Shown here: one piece after another, positions 43,827 through 50,028 of the stretch | Layout of the letters: each line of letters begins with the position of its first letter | Numbering within the stretch: the stretch's first letter is position 1 | Source: Candidatus Zambryskibacteria bacterium RIFCSPHIGHO2_01_FULL_46_25 | GTDB lineage: Bacteria; Patescibacteriota; Minisyncoccia; Phycocordibacterales; Zambryskibacteraceae | NCBI GenBank assembly: GCA_001825155.1 | Contig: MHVH01000004.1 | Coordinates: 1 to 52,426 of the forward strand | Reading direction: 5' to 3' | DNA: 52,426 nucleotides | Position numbers and translations under genes: made by a program | Notes under the pieces: generated by a model | Seen by the model: the letters and a program-made list of their open reading frames with translations, nothing else | Told to the model about the DNA's origin: nothing | The model's database searches: none

Positions 43827-44399
43827 ATGCAAGAAGCGCTCAATATATTACGTCTTATAAACGATGTTGTGCTCGAACCCAATATCACGAGCGCTATTAT
43901 TATTCTTATCTTCGCCTTCGCGAACGAGCTTGTCGCCGTGGTGCCTTACGCGCTCATTCTCTCGGGTCAGCTTATTTTCCTCGACGATACGCTCTCTCTC
44001 GCTCTTTTGGCGAAGCTTCTCGTCTTCGTAGCGGTGCCTGTCGGTCTCGGTAGCGCCATTGGCACGATTCCGTTCTATCTTCTTGCTTACTTTGGAGGCA
44101 AGCCGGTTGTAAACAAATTCCACAAATATTTGCGTTTCTCGTGGCATGATGTGGAGAAGGTAAGCGCTCGCTTCACAGGCGTTTGGTATGACGAGATAAT
44201 CTTCTGGGTTCTCAGGATGGTGCCGGTTGTGCCTTCTCTTCCGCTGTCTCTCACCGCGGGTTTTTTCCGCATGCGTTTCTGGCCTTACTTCGTCTTGACC
44301 GCGGTTGGGTTAACGGTAAGAATGGTGCTTACGCTTCTGCTCGTCGGCTTCGGTGTAGGCGGACTGTCCGGGCTTCTATTTTTGATTTATAATAGTTAA
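43827..44399 (+). CDS. DedA/SNARE-associated (VTT) family membrane protein.
   Basis: A polytopic protein with the YFGGKPVVNKF segment typical of DedA. The start is set at the ATG at 43827, because the track ORF begins at a GTG just downstream of the REP. Confidence 0.7.
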   Translation: MQEALNILRLINDVVLEPNITSAIIILIFAFANELVAVVPYALILSGQLIFLDDTLSLALLAKLLVFVAVPVGLGSAIGTIPFYLLAYFGGKPVVNKFHKYLRFSWHDVEKVSARFTGVWYDEIIFWVLRMVPVVPSLPLSLTAGFFRMRFWPYFVLTAVGLTVRMVLTLLLVGFGVGGLSGLLFLIYNS

Positions 44400-44403
44400 C
44401 AAT

Positions 44404-44778
44404 ATGAAAAAAATTATTTGGGCGGTCATAGTCTTGGTGGTATTGGCGGGGCTTGTGTGGCTTGTGAAAACTCCCGGCAAGTCGGGCGAGCTCGATGCCT
44501 TCGCCCAATGTATCTCGGAGAGCGGGGCCAAATATTACGGGGCATTCTGGTGCCCCAACTGCAAAAATCAAGAAGCTCGCTTCGGCCGTTCGGCAAAACT
44601 CTTGCCGCGCATCGAGTGCTCAACGCCGGACGGCAAAGATCAGTTACCAGTTTGCGCGGAGGCCAAAATAGAAGGTTATCCCACTTGGGATTTCGCGGAC
44701 GGCAGGAGAGAAATAGGCAATCTCTCGCTTGAGAAACTTGCCGAGTTCACGGGCTGCCCGCTCACTCAACCAGAATAA
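44404..44778 (+). CDS. Membrane-anchored thioredoxin-like protein of the type normally fused to VKOR.
   Basis: An N-terminal TM helix. It also has YYGAFWCPNCKNQEARFG, a second Cys pair IECSTPDG...PVCAEAKIEGYPTW, and a cis-Pro-like YPTW. Confidence 0.7.
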   Translation: MKKIIWAVIVLVVLAGLVWLVKTPGKSGELDAFAQCISESGAKYYGAFWCPNCKNQEARFGRSAKLLPRIECSTPDGKDQLPVCAEAKIEGYPTWDFADGRREIGNLSLEKLAEFTGCPLTQPE

Positions 44779-44781
44779 GTC

Positions 44782-45321
44782 ATGGTAGAACTTGTAAAAT
44801 CTTTTTTGCCTTATGCCGTGCTCGTCTCGCACGTTCTACTGGTGGCGCTCTTTCTCGCGATAATTTTCCGTAAATCGTGGGGGAGAAAGGCGTCCGCCTT
44901 TCTCAACCAGCGCGCTTTGACATTCGGTTTAATAATTTCCCTCGGCGCCATTGTCGGTAGCCTCTTCTATTCCGAAATTGTGGGATATGAGGCTTGTGTG
45001 CTTTGCTGGTGGCAGAGAGTTTTTCTCTATCCGCAACTTGTTCTGTTCACAATAGCTCTGTGGAAGAATGACCGGTCCGTCTTCGGCTACTCGTTTGTCC
45101 TCTCGTCTCTTGCGGGTATCGTTGCTTTATACCAGGCCTATGTTAATTGGGGCGGAGCTTCTCTCTTGCCATGCACGGCGGCCGAAGGCGCCTGCGCGAA
45201 AATTTTTGTCATGGAGTTCGGCTATATCACTATCCCTGTTATGTCGCTTACAGTTGTTTTCTATCTCCTGCTTCTCGCCTGGATAAACCGCTTGTATCGA
45301 AATGAAAATCGCAACGCATAA
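44782..45321 (+). CDS. DsbB/BdbC-family disulfide bond formation protein.
   Basis: CVLCWWQRVFLYP (first Cys pair), PCTAAEGAC (second pair) and four TM segments. Confidence 0.8.
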   Translation: MVELVKSFLPYAVLVSHVLLVALFLAIIFRKSWGRKASAFLNQRALTFGLIISLGAIVGSLFYSEIVGYEACVLCWWQRVFLYPQLVLFTIALWKNDRSVFGYSFVLSSLAGIVALYQAYVNWGGASLLPCTAAEGACAKIFVMEFGYITIPVMSLTVVFYLLLLAWINRLYRNENRNA

Positions 45322-46168
45322 CGGACACTTTCATACCGACGAACTCATGGCTGTCGCGGCGTTGCTTATAAAATTTCCCGATGCGGAAGTGGTGCGGACG
45401 CGAGACGAAGAGATTATCAAGCAATCTGATATAGCGGTCGATGTCGGGCAGATTTGTGACCCCGTTTCTATGCGCTTCGACCACCATCAGCCGGGCGGTG
45501 CCGGGAAAAGGGAGAATGGCATCCCGTATGCCTCTTTCGGCTTAGTGTGGAAAGAATATGGGGCAGAACTTGCCGGAGGGAAGGAAGAAGCGTTAGTAGT
45601 TGACGAGAAACTTGTGGCTGGTATCGACGCGGCAGACAACGGCGTATCGGTTTGCAATCATAAATTCGAAGACCTAGAAGAATACAGCATCGGAAATTTC
45701 TTCGAATCTTTTGCGGGCAGGGCGAAATCAATGGACGAGCTTGATCGCGGCTTCTTCGAATCGTTGCTTATAGCATGTGATCTCTTGGCAAGAGAGATTG
45801 CTATAGCGCGGGAACAGGTGGCTGATTGGCGCAAGGTCCGCGAGATATACGAGCAGTCGCCGGATAAGCGTGTAATCATTTTGCCGGGAAATTTGTCATG
45901 GAAGCGAGCGCTCATACCAACTGATGCCATCTACGCCATCTATTTTAGAACTGATGGCAAATGGGGCCTCCAAGTCGTTCCTCAGGCACGCGGTTCATAT
46001 GAAGCCAAGAGAAAATTACCCCAAACTTGGGCGGGACTTGTCGATGCAGAGCTTGCTAAGGTGACAGGTGTTTCTGATGCCATCTTTTGCCACAGTGCCC
46101 GATTTCTCGCCACGACTTTGAGCAAAGAAGGCGCTATCAAGCTTGCGGAAATCGCTCTAAAGTCCTAA
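45302..46168 (+). CDS. MYG1/UPF0160 family metal-dependent hydrolase.
   Basis: N-terminal IATHNGHFHTDELMAVAAL and the later DHHQ motif. Confidence 0.85.
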   Translation: MKIATHNGHFHTDELMAVAALLIKFPDAEVVRTRDEEIIKQSDIAVDVGQICDPVSMRFDHHQPGGAGKRENGIPYASFGLVWKEYGAELAGGKEEALVVDEKLVAGIDAADNGVSVCNHKFEDLEEYSIGNFFESFAGRAKSMDELDRGFFESLLIACDLLAREIAIAREQVADWRKVREIYEQSPDKRVIILPGNLSWKRALIPTDAIYAIYFRTDGKWGLQVVPQARGSYEAKRKLPQTWAGLVDAELAKVTGVSDAIFCHSARFLATTLSKEGAIKLAEIALKS

Positions 46169-46184
46169 TCTACGAATTATCCAA

Positions 46185-46568
46185 ATGCTACAAATAGCTA
46201 CAAATAAAGAAAAGGATTCAAAATTACTATACCCTAAATTATCTTACGAGATAGTCGGAATGTGTTTTGAGGTTCATAACGAGTTAGGTCAATTTGCTAG
46301 AGAAAAGCAGTATGCCAATCTCGTAGAACAGAAGCTTAAGAATAAAGGTATAAAATATGAAAGGGAGTGCCCACTCGGAGATTCTGGCAATATTGTTGAT
46401 TTTGTGATAGAAAACAAGATCGTGCTTGAGTTAAAGACTGTTAGAGTGTTAGGTCGCACCCATTATCGGCAATTACAGAATTACCTTCAACAGACTAAAG
46501 TGGAGCTTGGTTTACTTCTGAACTTTAGTGACAAGCTCTTAAGCCCAAAAAGAGTGCTGAAAGTATGA
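46185..46568 (+). CDS. GxxExxY protein, PD-(D/E)XK-like.
   Basis: The segment SYEIVGMCFEVHNELG...EKQYANLVEQKLKNKGIKYERE is family-typical, and so is the size of 127 aa. Confidence 0.85.
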   Translation: MLQIATNKEKDSKLLYPKLSYEIVGMCFEVHNELGQFAREKQYANLVEQKLKNKGIKYERECPLGDSGNIVDFVIENKIVLELKTVRVLGRTHYRQLQNYLQQTKVELGLLLNFSDKLLSPKRVLKV

Positions 46569-46618
46569 AATTATTTGTAGATATTAGCAGCCAGTAAAAC
46601 CCATAAATTATTAGTAGC

Positions 46619-47590
46619 ATGTTTATAGACGAAATCACTCTCCATCTCAAGGCGGGTCGCGGTGGCGACGGCGTGGTGCGTTGGCGGCACGAGAAAGGCA
46701 AAGACAAGGGCGGTCCATCCGGAGGCAATGGCGGCAAGGGTGGTGATGTGTATGCTATTACCGTAAGAGATATTGGTATTCTGGCGAGCTACAGGAATGT
46801 AAAAGAATTCGAAGCGGGCAGAGGGAATGATGGTTTCAAGGATTTGAAACAAGGCGCCGAGGGCAAGGATGTGGAAATAAAATTTCCTGTCGGTGCTCGC
46901 GTTACGAATCGCACGACAGGCCATTTCATCGAGCTTCTTAAGGATGGAGAAAAAGTTTTGCTTCTCAAGGGCGGCAGGGGAGGTATGGGCAATGAACATT
47001 TTAAAGGCTCTACTAACGTGAGGCCCAGGCAGTCTACGGATGGAGAAATTGGTGAAGAGGCAGATTTCTACACCGAGCTCCTTCTGATGGTCGATTTGGG
47101 CCTTATTGGTCTTCCAAATGCTGGCAAATCAAGCCTGCTTAACGCCCTGACGAATGCTCAGGCCAAGGTGGGCAATTTCCCCTTCACAACCCTTAACCCT
47201 GGTCTAGGAAGCTTCTACGGCCTTGTTCTGGCCGATATCCCAGGGCTCATAGAGGGGGCGGCGGATGGTAAAGGTCTTGGTCATAAGTTCCTGCGGCATA
47301 TCGAGCGCACCAAGGCGCTTCTTCACTGCGTTTCTTCAGAATCAGAAGACCCGCTCGAAGCGTACCGGATTGTGAGAAACGAACTCGGGCTCTATAATAA
47401 AGCCATCACGGGTAAGCCGGAGATAGTCGTGCTGACGAAGACTGATACTGTTTCAGAAGCAGAAGTGAAAGAAAAGATTAAAGCGCTTAAATCAGTTTCC
47501 AAGGATATTGTCCCGATTTCAATTTTGGATGATGAGCTAATTAAAAATTTAAAATTTAGAATTTCCAATTTAAAATTTAATGAAAATTGA
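46619..47590 (+). CDS. obg: GTPase Obg.
   Basis: The N-terminal Obg fold begins MFIDEITLHLKAGRGGDG. The G1 motif is GLPNAGKSS and the G3 motif is DIPGLIEGA. The last ~15 aa are encoded by a heptad mini-element. Confidence 0.95.
   Translation: MFIDEITLHLKAGRGGDGVVRWRHEKGKDKGGPSGGNGGKGGDVYAITVRDIGILASYRNVKEFEAGRGNDGFKDLKQGAEGKDVEIKFPVGARVTNRTTGHFIELLKDGEKVLLLKGGRGGMGNEHFKGSTNVRPRQSTDGEIGEEADFYTELLLMVDLGLIGLPNAGKSSLLNALTNAQAKVGNFPFTTLNPGLGSFYGLVLADIPGLIEGAADGKGLGHKFLRHIERTKALLHCVSSESEDPLEAYRIVRNELGLYNKAITGKPEIVVLTKTDTVSEAEVKEKIKALKSVSKDIVPISILDDELIKNLKFRISNLKFNEN
47492..47504. repeat. Half-REP relic inside obg.
   Basis: tcagtttccaagg matches the right arm of the 25-nt palindrome over 12 nt. 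Confidence 0.4.
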
Positions 47591-47594
47591 AAAT
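47546..47594 (+). repeat. Heptad mini-element, AATTTAA / TGAAAAT type, spanning the obg stop and the gatB start.
   Basis: aatttaa aatttag aatttcc aatttaa aatttaa tgaaaat tgaaaat. The gatB ATG is at 47580 and the obg TGA at 47588. Confidence 0.65.
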
Positions 47595-49022
47595 TATCGA
47601 CTTACCGTAGGATTGGAGATTCACGCGGAATTGAAGACCAGAACCAAGATGTTCTGTCAGTCGAAAAACGATACTGATGAAACGCGCCCCAATGTCAATA
47701 CTTGCCCTGTCTGCATGGGTTATCCCGGTACTCTGCCCGTTATCAATAAAGAAGCTGTAAGGTCGGTTCTGCGCCTTGGAGTAGCCGTAGGCGGCAAAAT
47801 TGCCGACTATACCGAGTTCGACCGCAAAAATTACTTCTACCCCGATATTCCCAAAGGTTACCAGATAAGCCAATATAAGCACCCGCTCGTAAGCGGGGGC
47901 GAGCTTGCCGGAGTAAAACTCACCAGAATCCACTTGGAAGAAGACACAGCGAGATCCTTGCACGAACTTGGAAACTCAGTTTCCAAGTGTCTTTTGGAAA
48001 CTGAGTTTCCAAGTGGGGAGTCTTATCTCGATTTCAACCGAGCAGGGGTTCCACTTATGGAAATGGTAACCGAGCCCGTGATACATACCGCAGAAGAAGC
48101 TGTGAAGTTCGCAAAAGAGCTCAAACTTCTTCTGCAGTATCTGGGCATCTCGCTGGCCAATATGGAGAAGGGCGAGATGAGGGTCGAAGCTAACGTAAGC
48201 GTTAGCTTCGACAAATCACAAAACCCAAACTCCAAATCTCAAACAAATCCTAAACTAGGCACAAAGGTAGAAATAAAAAACCTCAATTCATTCAAGGCCC
48301 TAAGCCAGGCCATAGAATTCGAACACCAGAGGCAGGTAGAGATACTGGAGAGAGGGGAGAGTGTAATCCAAGAAACTCGCGGCTGGGATGAGAACAAATC
48401 CGAGACATTTTCGCAAAGGGCGAAGGAAGAGTCTCATGATTACAGGTATTTCCCCGACCCGGACCTTCCAAAGATTTTCTTAAGCGAAATGCCCGACTTC
48501 GCTCCGACGGAGCTTCGTCGGGCGCTGCCCGAGTTGCCATGGGACAAGAGAGAACGTCTTTTGAAGTTGGGCATCTCATCCGAGCACGCGGAAATTTATG
48601 TTACCCAGCCCGAATGGGGGGAGTATTTTGAAGAGGTATTCAACCACTTGGAAACTGAGTTTCCAAGTGGTGCTCAGCTGGCTTCCAACTACATAACTTC
48701 GGAATTAAAAAAACCGGTGGACGCTGGCGCGTTTGCCGACACCATGCGCATGATTGTTTCCGGGAAAATATCTTCCAGAGGAGCGAAAGAAATTTTGAAA
48801 ACGTTGCAGGAGAAAGGCGGCGAGCCAAGGGCAATCGCCGAGGAGAAAAATTTGATGCAAGAGAGCGACAGAGAGATTTTGAGAAAAATTGTTGAGGAGG
48901 TTTTGGCAGAAAACAAAAAAGCCCCGGTCCAGTTTCTGGTGGGGCAGGCGATGAAGAAGTCGGAAGGCAGGGCGAATCCGGTTATCCTTCAGGAACTATT
49001 CGTCGAGATGCTGAATCGTTAG
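47580..49022 (+). CDS. gatB: Asp/Glu-tRNA amidotransferase subunit B. It contains three REP insertions and one heptad-type insertion, all in-frame.
   Basis: GLEIHAELKTRTKMFC, CPVCMGYPGTLP, LDFNRAGVPLMEMVTEP, EIKNLNSF and a C-terminal YqeY-like tail. Confidence 0.95.
   Translation: MKIENYRLTVGLEIHAELKTRTKMFCQSKNDTDETRPNVNTCPVCMGYPGTLPVINKEAVRSVLRLGVAVGGKIADYTEFDRKNYFYPDIPKGYQISQYKHPLVSGGELAGVKLTRIHLEEDTARSLHELGNSVSKCLLETEFPSGESYLDFNRAGVPLMEMVTEPVIHTAEEAVKFAKELKLLLQYLGISLANMEKGEMRVEANVSVSFDKSQNPNSKSQTNPKLGTKVEIKNLNSFKALSQAIEFEHQRQVEILERGESVIQETRGWDENKSETFSQRAKEESHDYRYFPDPDLPKIFLSEMPDFAPTELRRALPELPWDKRERLLKLGISSEHAEIYVTQPEWGEYFEEVFNHLETEFPSGAQLASNYITSELKKPVDAGAFADTMRMIVSGKISSRGAKEILKTLQEKGGEPRAIAEEKNLMQESDREILRKIVEEVLAENKKAPVQFLVGQAMKKSEGRANPVILQELFVEMLNR
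47966..47989. repeat. REP-like palindrome, copy 4 (centre C), in gatB, translated as LGNSVSK.
   Basis: acttggaaact c agtttccaagtg. Confidence 0.85.
47994..48015. repeat. REP-like palindrome, copy 5 (centre G, opposite orientation). It forms a head-to-head doublet with copy 4 and is translated as LETEFPSG.
   Basis: ttggaaact g agtttccaagtg. Confidence 0.85.
48213..48254 (+). repeat. Heptad-periodic A3-N-CC-type tract in gatB, translated as KSQNPNSKSQTNPK.
   Basis: aaatcac aaaaccc aaactcc aaatctc aaacaaa tcctaaa. Confidence 0.5.
48645..48669. repeat. REP-like palindrome, copy 6 (centre G), in gatB, translated as HLETEFPSG.
   Basis: cacttggaaact g agtttccaagtg. Confidence 0.85.
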
Positions 49023-49235
49023 TTTCTTGATTTGTTTCTTGGCGTTCGATTTGTCCGTGCCGCTTTCAATATCCTCGATAATGTGTTCCAGCGAGGAGAG
49101 CTTATAGACGCGATAGTTGTTCATGGGGTGTCTCTGGGCTCTGAACTTGCCGGATTTATCCCAGTTCCGAAGTGTGAGAGGGGAAACTCCCAGGATCTCA
49201 GCCGCTTCCTTGATGGAGAAATAGATATCTTTCAT
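48996..49235 (-). CDS. Small MerR/excisionase-type HTH DNA-binding protein.
   Basis: FSIKEAAEILGVSPLTLRNWDKSGKF..YRVY pattern. Confidence 0.75.
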   Translation of the reverse strand: MKDIYFSIKEAAEILGVSPLTLRNWDKSGKFRAQRHPMNNYRVYKLSSLEHIIEDIESGTDKSNAKKQIKKLTIQHLDE

Positions 49236-49298
49236 GGTTCGACTCGAAGGGTCATAAACATTACTAATTTAGCATATGTGTTAATATATACAAGTATC

Positions 49299-49817
49299 AT
49301 GAAGCGTAAAATTTTATCAGTATTCATAGTGTCTTTTGTAGCTGCTGTTCTCATTAGGGCTTTTGTTATCGAAGGATTCTTCGTCGTGGGGGATTCCATG
49401 GAGCCGGTCATACATTCCGGAGATTACGTGTTCATCAACAAACTCGCTTTCGCAAAGAGGGAACCTCGACGCGAAGAAATAGTGATAGCCTCTTCTCGAG
49501 GAGGAGAGAGACTCATTAAGAGAATTATAGGATTGCCCGGTGAGCGCGTATCAATAGAAGATGGCAAGATAGTGATTAAGTCCGGTCGCTTGGATGAAGG
49601 AGATGTGTTGGAAGAAATCTATTTAAACAATGGGCAAACTTCGTCTACCACCGGCATTTCTCTCATAAAACTCGATCCGGGAGAATATTTCGCCCTGGGG
49701 GACAATCGGAACGTAAGCATTGATTCTCGGGAGCTTGGTCCGATAGATATATGGGATATAAAGGGAAGTGTCATAGGGTCTTTTAATTTAACGCATTTAA
49801 AGTATAAAGGTTTTTAA
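49299..49817 (+). CDS. lepB: Signal peptidase I.
   Basis: An N-terminal TM helix, the catalytic Ser box GDSMEP, the Lys box IKRIIGLPGE, and GDNRNVSIDSR. The start is set at the ATG at 49299. Confidence 0.9.
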   Translation: MKRKILSVFIVSFVAAVLIRAFVIEGFFVVGDSMEPVIHSGDYVFINKLAFAKREPRREEIVIASSRGGERLIKRIIGLPGERVSIEDGKIVIKSGRLDEGDVLEEIYLNNGQTSSTTGISLIKLDPGEYFALGDNRNVSIDSRELGPIDIWDIKGSVIGSFNLTHLKYKGF

Positions 49818-49867
49818 ATCTTTCTAAGTATAGATTAGTAAGGTTTAGATATGTTTATAGACATATC

Positions 49868-49972
49868 AAATCCTAAATCCTAAGCACTAAATCCTAAATA
49901 ATCTTTAGTTTTCAATTTAATATTTGTAATTTGCAATTTGTTTAGGATTTAGGATTTTTTTATTTAGGATTT
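49868..49972. repeat. Composite intergenic element. AATCCTA-type heptads form an imperfect inverted repeat around a core of ATTTACA/ATTGAAA-type heptads in reverse orientation.
   Basis: The left arm is aaatcctaaatcctaagcactaaatcctaaata (49868-49900). The right arm is tttaggatttaggatttttttatttaggattt (49941-49972). The core is ..ttttcaatttaatatttgtaatttgcaatttg. Confidence 0.65.
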
Positions 49973-50024
49973 GCTCTTCGAATTGTCCACAGAATTCTAT
50001 ATTTTTTTGAATTATTCGAAGAGC
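49973..50024 (+). promoter_or_regulatory. 11-bp inverted repeat directly upstream of the large surface-protein gene. It could be an operator or a 5'-UTR hairpin.
   Basis: gctcttcgaat (49973-49983) pairs with attcgaagagc (50014-50024). The ATG is at 50029. Confidence 0.35.
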
Positions 50025-50028
50025 AAAA

